The notes: generated by a model not told the origin, from the sequence alone. 63,850 nt of DNA, filler included, from Deltaproteobacteria bacterium (GCA_030698575.1; 12 parts of 12 records of this genome joined end to end with filler, not necessarily neighbours in it), one strand, 5' to 3'; positions 1-10,370 are shown, numbered from the whole stretch's first letter. Numbers and translations: made by a program.

Positions 1-1449
1 TCGGGCGGCCAGACCGAGAAAATCGCGCACCTTCCCGAGCTGCGCTTCGCCCTTGGTGAGCCGGGCATCGATACAACCTCTATCGACAACGCAGCAAGCG
101 CCCTGGACACGCGCTCGTTCTTTATTCGCAAGGTGGGCGTGGATGGCTTCCGCATCGGTTACAAGCCCAAGCTCAACAAGGTGGTGAGCGACCGCCGCGC
201 TTCGCTGGACGAGGAGACGGACGTGCGGCCGGAGGTCCGGCGTCTCGTTGACCGGGAGTTCGAGCGCGGCGCCACCCTTCCTCTCGTTCGCTTCCCTGCT
301 GACTCGTCCGACATTCCCGATTCACCCCGCCTCATGGTCGTGACCGCAAACCCGGAGTGGGAGTGGTCCGCGAAAAGTGACATACGCGCCCGCATCGCGG
401 AGTGGACGCGCCAACGGGGTGCCGGGCATCGCTTGTACCCTGGCGCCATCGTCTGGTGCGTCCGCAGGCCGGGGCGCGAGCTGCGCGACAAGGTCGAGCT
501 GGTCCTCGCCTGGCGTCGTGTGAATCGCGAGGTAACCGAGGGCACGCTCGGCTCCGAGTTCGATAGGGCCGACCTTGCGGATATAAAGGCGAAGGCCGCC
601 GACGCGGAGGACGCCGCGAAAGAAGAGGTCTGGGCCGAGTATCGATACGTCATTCTCTCCGACAACTCAGAGCCTGACGGCCTCAAGATCATCGATCTCG
701 GCGCCGGTCACTCCAGCTCCAATGAGACGCTATGTGGCCGTGTGGTCCAGGCCCTCAGACAGGAATCGCTTCTCAGCGAGTCGGTCGGCGCCGGCTACCT
801 CGACCGAAACTGGCCGCCGGCCCTTGAGGCGTCGGGCGCCTGGCCGCTATCGAGCCTCCGCCAGGCCTTCGTTAACGGCGTGCTCACGCGGCTGCTTGAC
901 CCGGAGAAGGTCCTCCGAACCAAGACCGTTGAGTTCGTCGAGCGCGGCGACTTCGGTCTCGCCTCCGGGCGGCAACCTGACGGTACGTTCGACCGAGTGT
1001 GGTTCGCGGAGGCAGTCGCCCCGGATGAGGTGACCTTTGACGCCGACGTATTCCTGCTCAAGAAAGCGACGGCCGCTCGGGTCAAGAATCCGCCCCAGCC
1101 GGTAATACCCGCGCGCGTAGAGCCGGGCGTCCAGCAGCCCATCACGAGCATTGAGGCCACTACGGAACCAGCCCCGCAGTCGCCTGAATCGCCTGTTGTT
1201 GCCGGATCGTCCCCGGTCTTGAACCGCACGCTGAGACTCTTCGGCTCGATTACACCGGAAGTGTGGAATCGGTTCGGCACGCGGGTCATCCCGAAGTTAC
1301 GCACCGGCTCGGACCTCAAGCTCAGGGTGGAACTGTCTGTAACGGTAGATTCACAGGGTGCGAGGCAGTTGGAGTTAGACCTTCGCCAGGCGATTGACGA
1401 CATCGGACTCACTGAGAGCGTGAGAGTCGAGGAAGGGGCGGCGGACTAG
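1..1449 (+). CDS. DUF499-family AAA+ ATPase, C-terminal part (5' truncated by contig start)
   Basis: Frame is open from base 1 (SGGQTEKIAHLPELRFALGEPGIDTTSIDNAA...KVVSDRRASLD...IDLGAGHSS...PEVWNRFGTRVIPKL), matching my recollection of DUF499 protein C-terminal halves; Walker motifs lie outside the contig. Confidence 0.7.
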   Translation, partial: SGGQTEKIAHLPELRFALGEPGIDTTSIDNAASALDTRSFFIRKVGVDGFRIGYKPKLNKVVSDRRASLDEETDVRPEVRRLVDREFERGATLPLVRFPADSSDIPDSPRLMVVTANPEWEWSAKSDIRARIAEWTRQRGAGHRLYPGAIVWCVRRPGRELRDKVELVLAWRRVNREVTEGTLGSEFDRADLADIKAKAADAEDAAKEEVWAEYRYVILSDNSEPDGLKIIDLGAGHSSSNETLCGRVVQALRQESLLSESVGAGYLDRNWPPALEASGAWPLSSLRQAFVNGVLTRLLDPEKVLRTKTVEFVERGDFGLASGRQPDGTFDRVWFAEAVAPDEVTFDADVFLLKKATAARVKNPPQPVIPARVEPGVQQPITSIEATTEPAPQSPESPVVAGSSPVLNRTLRLFGSITPEVWNRFGTRVIPKLRTGSDLKLRVELSVTVDSQGARQLELDLRQAIDDIGLTESVRVEEGAAD

Positions 1450-1520
1450 GATGTTAGCGGCAGGACGACATCTCCCACAGGCCGCCAAACTACAGAGAGG
1501 GGGTTCGACTAAGGATAGAG

Positions 1521-3257
1521 ATGGAAGCAAGAAACCGATACGTTCCCGACTGGTTCAATCGCATCCGAACAGGCCAGGTACGATTGCCAAGATTCCAACG
1601 CCTGGAATCTTGGACCCATTCCGAGGTCACATCGTTGCTCGAAAGTGTCCTGCGCGGGCTGCCGGGAGGGGCTGCACTGGTTCTTGAAGTAGGGGACAGA
1701 GAGCAGTTCATCAGCCGGCCAATGCCTGGCGCGCCGAAGCCGATCGAGAGGGCAAGCGAACACTTGCTGGATGGACAGCAGCGACTAACTGCCCTCTGGC
1801 GTTCATTGCATGACTTGTACGACGATAGAAGCTACTTCGCCTTCGTGGATGAAGAAAAGGCCGAGGATGAGGAGCGTGAGCCGCGGGTCGTATGCGGGAT
1901 AGGCCGCTGGACTCGAAACGGCCAGAGATACCCCATGTGGACTGACAGTCCAGTTGAGCAATATGGTCGCGGTCTTGTTCCCTTTCGCCTCCTGCAACCC
2001 GGTGACCTAGGGAAACAGATCACTGCGTGGTGCGACGAGGCGACAAAGGGCGACCTTGGCCTAAGCAGGGACCTCATGGCGCGAGTTTTTTCATTGAAAG
2101 AGCACGTCACCAATTTCAATATTCCTTTCCTGTCACTTCCGGTCGAAACACCTCCTCACGTCGCCATCAAGGTCTTCGTCAAATTGAACACGACTTCAGT
2201 TGAATTGACGCCCTTCGACATTCTCGTTGCCCAGGGAGAGGCAACCACCGGACAATCGTTGCGCGACCTCGAAGCAGACCTTCGGCGGAGAGCGCCGACA
2301 CTAGCAGACTACATGGAACCGGGCGACCTCCTCTTGAGCGTAGCGGCGTTCCGGCAGGATAGACCACCCACCGAGGCGAGTTTCTTTCGGCTGGACCTAA
2401 AGAGGGTATTCGAGGAATGGAACGAACTCGCGATCGGGGTTGAAGGTGCTCTGTCTTTTCTCGAAGAGGAGCGAGTCTTCGACAAACAACGACTGCCTAC
2501 TGTAATGGTAGTGTCAGTCATTTCCGCTCTCTGGAGTCTAATGCCGAGGTCTCTCGACGAGCACGGCCAAGGGCGAACCCTGCTAAGGAAGTACCTTTGG
2601 AGATCGTTCTTAACGCGCCGCTACGAGAACGCAGCGAGTACCCGAGCCCTCCAGGACTTTCGGGGGCTGCGCTCTATCCTGAGGAAAGAGGCAACTGAAA
2701 CCAGCGTTCCAGTCTTTGACGAGACAGAATACCCGCCACCCACGTTGGAGGAACTGAAAAGCGCTTCCTGGCCGAAGGGACGAGACATCCTGGCACGAGG
2801 CATTCTGGCCGTATCCTTACGGGGTGGGGGGCACGATCTGGCGGACGACCGGCCCGCAACCAGAGACTCGGTGAAAAAGCGAGAGTACCATCATTTGTTT
2901 CCTGATTCGCTTCTGATGGACGACGGCAAGTTGGCTGAATCGGAGTCCTCTCGCGCCTTGAATTGTGTTCTCATTACCTGGCACACCAATCGAAAGATCG
3001 CTGCTAAGGAGCCGTTGGACTACCTCAGGGAGCGGATCGACAAAGCTACGCTCGGGGAACCTGAAATCCGTTGGAGATTGAAAACGCACGCCGCTCCTTT
3101 CGACAGCCTCAACGTCGGTGGATATGCCGACGAATTGCATGCCGTGGTTCGGGCACAGAACATCAAGACGGATTACGAGGCCTTTTTGGAGAAGCGTGCT
3201 GAACTAGTTGGGCAGGCTATCGCTACTTTGTGGCGCGGAGAGGCGAGGTTGCCTTGA
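1521..3257 (+). CDS. GmrSD-like DUF262 + C-terminal HNH-like (DUF1524-type) restriction endonuclease
   Basis: DUF262 motifs LPRFQR..W, LLDGQQRLTAL, VFVKLNT; C-terminal REYHHLFP...LNCVLITWHTNRKI.AKEP His-Me finger-like motif; lower GC than flanks. Confidence 0.85.
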   Translation: MEARNRYVPDWFNRIRTGQVRLPRFQRLESWTHSEVTSLLESVLRGLPGGAALVLEVGDREQFISRPMPGAPKPIERASEHLLDGQQRLTALWRSLHDLYDDRSYFAFVDEEKAEDEEREPRVVCGIGRWTRNGQRYPMWTDSPVEQYGRGLVPFRLLQPGDLGKQITAWCDEATKGDLGLSRDLMARVFSLKEHVTNFNIPFLSLPVETPPHVAIKVFVKLNTTSVELTPFDILVAQGEATTGQSLRDLEADLRRRAPTLADYMEPGDLLLSVAAFRQDRPPTEASFFRLDLKRVFEEWNELAIGVEGALSFLEEERVFDKQRLPTVMVVSVISALWSLMPRSLDEHGQGRTLLRKYLWRSFLTRRYENAASTRALQDFRGLRSILRKEATETSVPVFDETEYPPPTLEELKSASWPKGRDILARGILAVSLRGGGHDLADDRPATRDSVKKREYHHLFPDSLLMDDGKLAESESSRALNCVLITWHTNRKIAAKEPLDYLRERIDKATLGEPEIRWRLKTHAAPFDSLNVGGYADELHAVVRAQNIKTDYEAFLEKRAELVGQAIATLWRGEARLP

Positions 3258-3297
3258 CGTCAATAGCGCGACGATTTCTGAATCGCAGTTCTGTAAG

Positions 3298-3505
3298 TTG
3301 GGACATACTAGGCTAGGCCGACTTCCAAAGTATCTCCGCTGGAAGCAGGTTGTCGCGCTTCTGGAGGGCTCGCCAGGCAACGCCGAAGCTGTTTCCCGAG
3401 CCACTGCGATCGCTGCGGACGAGTGGCTCCTCCAGCTAAAAGGAGACCCGTCACTAACCTATTGCTTCTGGCTGCTAGCGCGGGTGACCTGGACGGCAGC
3501 TGAAC
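3298..3505 (+). pseudogene. N-terminal remnant of a conserved hypothetical protein (MGHTRLGRLPK...W)
   Basis: TTG start at 3298; about 68 plausible codons (MGHTRLGRLPKYLRWKQVVALLEG...YCFWLLARVTWTAA), after which the translation becomes low-complexity and runs antisense into the PIN gene. Confidence 0.4.
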
Positions 3506-3641
3506 AGCTGCACTCGATACGCCCCAGAGTAACCCGCCCGATGCCGGCGGCCGCCTCGGTCCTGCAGGATCTCCGACTATCACACGGAGCTCGAGACGGT
3601 GCGCTGCTTGAGAGACGGGGGGGCACTGGCGCGACTTCGAC

Positions 3642-3780
3642 TTACTCTGGCAGGAGCCGGAGGGCGTCCACGTGCCGCGGACGCAGCAGGCCGAAGTGCC
3701 GGCGATCCCGGGTGGCCAGCTTCGTCTCGTGGAGTCGCCCGACGATTGCCAGGACGGCGGCGTCAACGGCTCCGCCGTCC
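3642..3780 (-). CDS. vapC: PIN-domain (VapC-like) toxin, C-terminal fragment (5' truncated)
   Basis: Not in ORF track; manual translation DGGAVDAAVLAIVGRLHETKLATRDRRHFGLLRPRHVDALRLLPE* fits the VapC C-terminal pattern VDA.....A.RL....AT.DRRHF. Confidence 0.7.
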
Positions 3781-3880
3781 NNNNNNNNNNNNNNNNNNNN
3801 NNNNNNNNNNNNNNNNNNNNNNNNTTAATTAATTAANNNNNNNNNNNNNNNNNNNNNNNNNNNNNNNNNNNNNNNNNNNN
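3781..3880. other. Artificial contig linker (first of 11)
   Basis: 44 N + TTAATTAATTAA (stops in all six frames) + 44 N; the same linker occurs at 6881, 9871, 13545, 16443, 33319, 39070, 42305, 49698, 52517 and 56704. Confidence 0.99.
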
Positions 3881-5463
3881 ACCGCGACGCGCGGCACGTC
3901 GGCCGTCAGGATCGTCAACAGAATAATGCGCTCGTGCAGCACTCTGTTGTGCTTCAGGTTGTGCAGCAGCGTGCGCGGCACGCCCTCCGCGCTCGCGTCC
4001 ATGAACACCGCCGTTCCGGGGCCGGTGGTGACGGCGTTCCGCGCGATGTCTTCGAGCAGCAGCTCGACGGAGAGTTTTTCCGTTTGGATCCGTTCTCTCA
4101 GCATCCGGCGCCCGCGGTTCCAGGTGATCATCAGGAGCGCGAGAAGAGAACCGACCAGGAGCGGAAGCCAGGCGCCGTCCGCGGCCTTGGCGACGTTCGC
4201 GCTGAAGAAAGAGGTGTCGATCACGAGAAAGATCAAGAGCACGAACGTCAGTCCGGCGCCTCGCCATCCAAGTCGAAAGCCGCTCCGGGCGAACGCGATG
4301 AGCGTTGTCAGGAGCATCGTCATCACGACCGCCGCGCCGTAGGCGGCGGCCAGACCGCTGGATTCTCCGAAACCGAGAATGAGTCCGACACTGGCTATCA
4401 GGAGGAACCAGTTGATCCAGGGCACGTAAACCTGCCCGCGCTCCTTCTCGGACGAGTGGCGCACCACCATGCGGGGGCAATAGCCGAGCTGGATCGCCTG
4501 GCGTGTGATCGAGAAGGCGCCGGAAATGACCGCCTGTGATGCGATCACGCTCGCGGCGGTCGCCAGCCCGATGAGCGGGTAGAGCGCCCAGGCGGGCGCC
4601 AGCAGGTAGAAGGGGCTGCGCGCCGATGCGGGGTCCGCCAGGATCAGCGCCGCCTGTCCGAAGTAGTTCAGAAGCAGGCTCGGCAGCACGAGAGCGAACC
4701 ACGCGAACCGGATGGCCCGTTTGCCGAAATGCCCCATGTCGGCATAGAGCGCCTCCCCGCCCGTTACGACGAGAAAGACCGCCCCGAGGGTCAGGAACCC
4801 CGCGCTGCCGTTCTCGAGGAAGAACCTTCCCGCATGCCGCGGATCGATTGCCGCCAGCACGGCGGGGGCCGCGGCGACCTGACGGGCGCCGAGCAGCGCC
4901 AGCACGCCGAACCACGTCACCATGATCGGCCCGAACAGGGCGCCGACCGCGCCGGTGCCCCGCCGCTGGATGGCGAACAGCACCAGGAGGACCACGATGG
5001 CCAGCGGAATCACGAAGGGATCCAGGAGCGGCGCGGCGACCTCGAGCCCCTCGAGGGCGCTCAGGACCGAGATGGCGGGCGTGATCATCGCGTCGCCGTA
5101 GAAAAGCGCGGCGCCGAGTATCCCGGCCGACAGCATCAGGTACCGAATTCTCCCGCCCCGCGGAAACTTCGGCAGCACCAGGGTCATGAGCGCGAGGATG
5201 CCCCCCTCGCCCCGGTTGTCCGCGGTCATCAGGTAACCGATGTACTTGACTGAAACAACGAGAACGAGAGACCAGAAGATGAGGGACAGGAGGCCAAGGA
5301 TGTTTTCCTCGGTGGGCTGGAGCCCGTATCTGGTGGAGAAGCATTCGCGAAAGGCGTAGAGCGGGCTCGTGCCGATGTCGCCGTAGACGACGCCGATGGC
5401 GCCCACCGCGAGCGGCCAGAGCCGGCCTCGGTGTGACGGATCGCTTGCTTCAGATTCGCCCAT
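3881..5463 (-). CDS. kup: KUP/HAK/KT potassium transporter (3' truncated)
   Basis: GVVYGDIGTSPLYA, ADNRGEGGILAL, TGGEALYADMGHFG, LLHNLKHNRVLHE motifs. Confidence 0.97.
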
Positions 5464-5508
5464 CTTCCCCTCTCGCCCTCTCGCGCGGTGGCCGCGACTT
5501 CCGTGAAC

Positions 5509-6258
5509 TCAGCCGGCCTGACCGGGAATGTGCCGTCGCAGCCGGACGGGCCTGGCTTCCCTCCCGCGCAGCCGCATGTTGAGCATCTCCACCCCGACCG
5601 AAAACGCCATCGCGAAGTAGATGTACCCCTTGGGAATGTGCAGGTCGAACCCTTCGCCCATGAGCGCGACGCCGATGAGGAGCAGGAAGCTCAGCGCCAG
5701 GACCTTGAGCGTGGGGTGCGCGTCGATGAATTCACTGATCGCCCGGGCGGAGAACATCATGACCCCGACGGCGATGACGATGGCGAGGACCATGACGGAA
5801 ATCTGCTGCGCGAGTCCGATGGCCGTGATCACGGAGTCGAGAGAGAAGATCACGTCCATGATCAGAATCTGGAAGATGACGGCCGAGAAGCCGGCGCGGC
5901 CCGTTCCTCCGGTGTGATGCTCCTGGCCTTCGAGATTGTCGTGAATCTCCACCGTGCTCTTGCCGAGAAGGAACAGCCCTCCGCCGATGAGGATGAGATC
6001 GCGCCCCGAGATGTCATTGCCGAGGATCGTCATCAGCGGGGTGGTGAGGCGCATGATCCATGTGAGCGAGAGCAGCAGCGCGATGCGCGCGAACATCGCG
6101 AGCCCGAGGCCGACCGTCCGCGCCCGCGCGCGCTGCGCGGGAGGGAGCTTTCCGGCGAGAATCGATATGAAGATGATGTTGTCGATGCCCAGGACGATCT
6201 CGATGGCGGTGAGGGTCGCCAGGGCGATCCAGGCCTCGGGTTCGGCAAGCCAGCTCAT
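5509..6258 (-). CDS. TerC family membrane protein
   Basis: EIVLGIDNIIFISIL, DVIFSLDSVITAIG, IPKGYIYFAMAFS. Confidence 0.95.
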   Translation of the reverse strand: MSWLAEPEAWIALATLTAIEIVLGIDNIIFISILAGKLPPAQRARARTVGLGLAMFARIALLLSLTWIMRLTTPLMTILGNDISGRDLILIGGGLFLLGKSTVEIHDNLEGQEHHTGGTGRAGFSAVIFQILIMDVIFSLDSVITAIGLAQQISVMVLAIVIAVGVMMFSARAISEFIDAHPTLKVLALSFLLLIGVALMGEGFDLHIPKGYIYFAMAFSVGVEMLNMRLRGREARPVRLRRHIPGQAG

Positions 6259-6501
6259 CGGTGCCTCTCTGTCGGGGAGGGAAGACCGGCGGCCGAGTTT
6301 CTTCCTACCGCGACTCCGGCCGTCGGCTACAATAGCTCCGCCGCGCCATCCGGGGCGACTCTCCGTTTCGAACCCCGGGGGCGCGGCGGTGCAATGGTAG
6401 GGCGCGTAAGGTCGGTGATCAACAACTGCTTTTATGTCCCCACCTGCCCCCGGGAAGGGGCTTCAAGCGACTCCCGGCGCGGGCGCCAAGAGAGGCAAGC
6501 C

Positions 6502-6880
6502 ATGCTCAGGGTGAAGATCGAGGTACCCAAGGGCAGCCGCAACAAGTACGAGTTCGACAAGGAGGCGGGGGCCATCAAGTTCGACCGAATGCTCTTTTCG
6601 GCGATGCACTATCCAAGCGATTACGACTATATCCTCGACACGCTTGCCGAGGACGGGGACGCACTCGATGCTCTGGTGCTGGTCTGGGAGCCCACCTTTC
6701 CGGGCTGTCTCATCGACGTGAAGCCCGTCGCGCTCTTCAAGATGTGGGACGAAAAGGGCCCCGACGCGAAGATCCTTTGCGTGCCCCTGCAAGACCCGCT
6801 CTGGAACAAGATCGAGCGCATGGCCGACCTGCCGCCCCATCTCCTTAAGGAGATCGAGCACTTCTTCAAGACCTACAAGG
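6502..6880 (+). CDS. ppa: Family I inorganic pyrophosphatase (3' truncated)
   Basis: IEVPKGSRNKYEFDKE, YPSDY, TLAEDGDALDALV, KEIEHFFKTYK; ATG at 6502 after AGAGG. Confidence 0.95.
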
Positions 6881-6980
6881 NNNNNNNNNNNNNNNNNNNN
6901 NNNNNNNNNNNNNNNNNNNNNNNNTTAATTAATTAANNNNNNNNNNNNNNNNNNNNNNNNNNNNNNNNNNNNNNNNNNNN

Positions 6981-8809
6981 AGATCGTCGACTTCGGTCTG
7001 GCCAAGCTCTCGAGCGAAACCGCGTTGACGAGAGAAGGAACGACGGTGGGGACGATTGCCTACATGTCGCCCGAGCAGGCGAAGGGGCACAACGTCGACC
7101 ACCGCACAGACATTTGGTCGCTGGGCGCGGTCCTGTACGAGATGGTGACGGGGCGCCGGGCGTTCAGTGCCGACCACGATTCGGCGCAGTTGTATCTCAT
7201 CATAAACGAAGATCCGGCGCCCGTTCAGACGCTCCGCCCCGATGTCCCGGATGCGCTGGCGGTAATCATCCACCGCATGCTGGAAAAGGACGCCGGCGCG
7301 CGCTTCGCGTCGATGGACGAGGTGGTCGCCGCACTCGACAAGTTGCGCTCGATCACTCCTGCCGACGCGACCGCGCCCATGCGATCGGGAGACGCGCTTG
7401 TGCGGGCGCGCGAGGCCCTCGCCCGCTACGACTGGAGTCGGGCGTTTACCGCGTACTGCGAAGCCGATGCCGAGGTCGACCTCTCTGCTCAGGACCTCGA
7501 GGGCATGGGACTCGCCGGACAGTGGACAAGACACACCGAGGGCGCAAACGAGGCCTGGGAGAGGGCGCATGCGAAGTACGTCTGTGCCGACCGACCCGCC
7601 GACGCCGCCCGGATTGCGATCGAGCTGTCTCACGTCGCGCTCGGGAGCGGCCAGCGTTCGGTGTGCAATGGGTGGCTGAAACGCGCAGAGAATCTTCTGG
7701 CGAATCTCCCCGATGCGGTGGAGAACGGCTATCTCGCCCGAGCGAAAGCGCAGATCGCGATCGAGGCCGATATAGAACTCGATGCCGCAATGGAGTTCGC
7801 GGCTACCGCGATGGCCTTTGCAGAGCGCCATGGCGATTCCGATCTGCGGGCGCTTGCGCTTCAGGATCGCGGGCGGGCGCTGGTGCTGAAGAATCAGGTG
7901 ACCGAGGGCATGGAGCTGATCGAGGAAGCGATGTCGCTGGCTATGTCCGGCGAGTTGTCGTCCATGGTCGTTGGCTCGACCTACTGCAACATGATTTCGA
8001 TGTGCGACCGCATCGCCGACTACCGCCGCGCCGGCGAATGGAGCGACAGCGCTGTGCGCTGGTGTGAACCTCACAGCGAGTCGGGGTTTCACGGCATCTG
8101 CAGCGTGCATCGAGCCGTCGTGATGCGTGTGCGCGGAGACTGGAAGGACGCCCAAGGTGAAGCTGAGCGCGCCATCGAGAATAGCGATGGCTACCTTCCT
8201 GCTGTCGCCGGTGAAGCGTTTTATCTGATGGGAGAAATCCGAACTCGGCGCGGCGAGTTCGGAGACGCCGAGACCAGTTTCCAGGAAGCTCACCAGCGCG
8301 GCCGTCAACCCGACCCCGGGCTGGCGCTCCTGCGGCTGGCTCAGGGCAACGTCGAGGCGTCGCGCGCGCTGATCGACCGCGCCCTGTCTGCGGACCTCAT
8401 TGCGCTGGATCGCATCAAACTGTTACCCGCTGGCGTCGAGATCGCGCTGGCCGCCGGCCGCATCGACACCGCGCGAACGCGTGCGGACGAGTTGCAGTCA
8501 CTGGCCGACGGCTACGCGTCAATCGTGTTCTTAGGGCACGCAGCCCATGCTGCCGGCGCCGTGAAACTCGCCCAAGGAAACGCCGAAGAAGCGCTCACTG
8601 CGCTGACCGGAGCGTGTTCTCACTGGAAGGCGGCGGACATGCCCTACGACGACGCGCGCACACGGGCGCTCAAGGCGGACGCGTACTGGAGCACCGGTGA
8701 CAACGACCTCGCCAACCTCGAGGCCCGCACCGCACGCGCGGTGTTCGCGCGCCTCGGCGCACGCGCCGACCTCGATCGTATCGACGCGTCGATCGAGCGC
8801 CACTCCTGA
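6981..8809 (+). CDS. Hanks-type Ser/Thr protein kinase with C-terminal TPR/MalT-like helical region (5' truncated)
   Basis: IVDFGLAKL, GTIAYMSPEQ, DHRTDIWSLGAVLYEM kinase motifs, then about 470 aa of Ala-rich helical repeats. Confidence 0.9.
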
Positions 8810-8872
8810 CCCTCTAACGGACCTGCGGGCACCCCCGAAACCGCATGAACGCGGCAGCTGCTGCCCCTTAGT

Positions 8873-8923
8873 AACCAATAATTGTTGGTTGACAAACCAA
8901 TATATCTTGGTAATACTGAGGGC
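8873..8923 (+). promoter_or_regulatory. Sigma70-type promoter overlapped by two palindromic operator boxes
   Basis: TTGACA 8889-8894, 17-nt spacer, AATACT 8912-8917; boxes AACCAA-N6-TTGGTT (8873-8890) and AACCAA-N6-TTGGTA (8895-8912), 22 bp apart. Confidence 0.75.
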
Positions 8924-9259
8924 ATGAGCGACACGAAACAGAAGCTGCTGGGGAGCGAGCGCCGCACGCAAGTGCTTGTCATGACGGCGCTTCTAGGGGA
9001 AACCTACCCGACCGAGCTGGCCCGCCTCCTGGAGGCCCCGCTCTATTCGGTCCAGACCATCGTGGACGCCCTCGACAAGGAAGGGGTCTTCGCCACCCGG
9101 CGGGTGGGAAGCTCGAGGCGGGTGTCCCTGGATCCGCGATACTATGCGTACAAGGAACTCCGGGAACTCCTCTTGCGCCTGGCGGAGGCGGAGCCCGAGT
9201 TGCGCGCCGCCGCCGCGCGCCGCCGCTCCCGGCCACGACGTGCGGGAAAACCGCTGTGA
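8924..9259 (+). CDS. Winged-helix DNA-binding protein, putative antitoxin/autorepressor
   Basis: TYPTELARLLEAPLYSVQTIVDALDKEGVFATRRVG wHTH pattern; GTGA overlap with the next gene. Confidence 0.75.
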   Translation: MSDTKQKLLGSERRTQVLVMTALLGETYPTELARLLEAPLYSVQTIVDALDKEGVFATRRVGSSRRVSLDPRYYAYKELRELLLRLAEAEPELRAAAARRRSRPRRAGKPL

Positions 9260-9801
9260 TCATCACCGCGTCGAGCAGCCTGGCCGAGGTCGCGTTCGTC
9301 GTCTGCACGGCGCTCGACCGTGCCGGCGTGACCGCCGTTCTCACCGGGGGGAGCGCCGCCACCGTGTACGCCCCCCAGGCGTATCAATCGGCCGACCTCG
9401 ACTTCGTCGTGCAGTTTCGCGCAAGCGATTCGGATGCGTCTTCGGCCCTCGAATCGCTCGGTTACCGAATCGACGGTGGTCATTACGTCCACGATGTCAA
9501 CCCGCTGTTGCTCGAATTCCCGCGCGGACCGCTGGCAATCGGCCGCGATCTGATCACGGCATGGGCAACCCTCACCCGCAATGACATGCTGCTCCACATT
9601 ACAACTCCGACGGACTGCTGCCGCGATCGTCTGGCCGGTTTCCTCTTCTGGAACGACCGGGGTGCGCTCGAACAAGCCTTGGCCGTGGCTCACGCGAAGG
9701 CAGACGAAGTCGATGTCGACGCCGTCCTGCGCTGGTGCGTCTTGGAAGGACACGCAGAGAAGTTCCGCGAATTCGAACGGGCCATTTCCTCCGACAGATA
9801 A
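9256..9801 (+). CDS. DNA pol beta-superfamily nucleotidyltransferase-like protein
   Basis: AVLTGGSAATVY...SADLDFV matches the GG-A / DxD NTase signature. Confidence 0.75.
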   Translation: MIITASSSLAEVAFVVCTALDRAGVTAVLTGGSAATVYAPQAYQSADLDFVVQFRASDSDASSALESLGYRIDGGHYVHDVNPLLLEFPRGPLAIGRDLITAWATLTRNDMLLHITTPTDCCRDRLAGFLFWNDRGALEQALAVAHAKADEVDVDAVLRWCVLEGHAEKFREFERAISSDR

Positions 9802-10143
9802 CAGCGTTGCCCAAGCGACCGCCCACAACCCGCCGCGAACTAGGCGAACGAGCTGGCGAAACTCGCGCAGNNNNNNNNNNNNNNNNNNNNNNNNNNNNNN
9901 NNNNNNNNNNNNNNTTAATTAATTAANNNNNNNNNNNNNNNNNNNNNNNNNNNNNNNNNNNNNNNNNNNNGAAACATCCCAGCGCCCTGCGGAACTCCCT
10001 CCCATCCAAATGCTCTCGGGACACGTGCTCTCCTCTCTGTCCTGGCCTCCGGCCGGATTCTATCCCGGCAGTGGTGACCGGCACAGGCTCAGCGAGGGCG
10101 ATTTCGCGGAGATCGGCTACCGGCGAGGGTTTCGGTCTGATTT

Positions 10144-10255
10144 GCCGAGACGTCCTACGCGGCGTGCAAGGAGTGCGGCACCGTCTCCGACCAGCTACAA
10201 GGTCGGCGACCAGGTCAAGGTCGTGAACAACAAGCTAACACGACAGCCGCGGTAA
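10144..10255 (+). pseudogene. Internally deleted remnant of a glycine-zipper 2TM-type protein
   Basis: N-part AACKECGTVSD is joined out of frame to C-terminal SYKVGDQVKVVNNKLTRQPR*; the central Gly-zipper is missing. Confidence 0.5.
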
Positions 10256-10370
10256 ACGCCGGATTCTGGAAGAATACGCGGCGCGAAAAGCGCGGGCGGC
10301 GTTTGCCCGCAAGCGAAGGAGCGCGGGTGTCGCCGCGTGGTTCGGGTTTCCCGCCCCTCCATCAGGAAAA

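Noticed and set aside
3781-3880. Recurrent TTAATTAATTAA flanked by N-runs (11 copies)
   Set aside because: Artificial concatenation linker; also invalidates any cross-contig operon inference
3833-5344. Long alternative-frame and antisense ORFs (e.g. 3833-5344, 6929-8308, 60309-61853, 61886-63337)
   Set aside because: Shadow ORFs of high-GC genes with no motifs, overlapping well-supported CDSs
6259-6500. yybP-ykoY Mn riboswitch upstream of terC
   Set aside because: No GGGGAGUAG-type conserved block found on the minus strand
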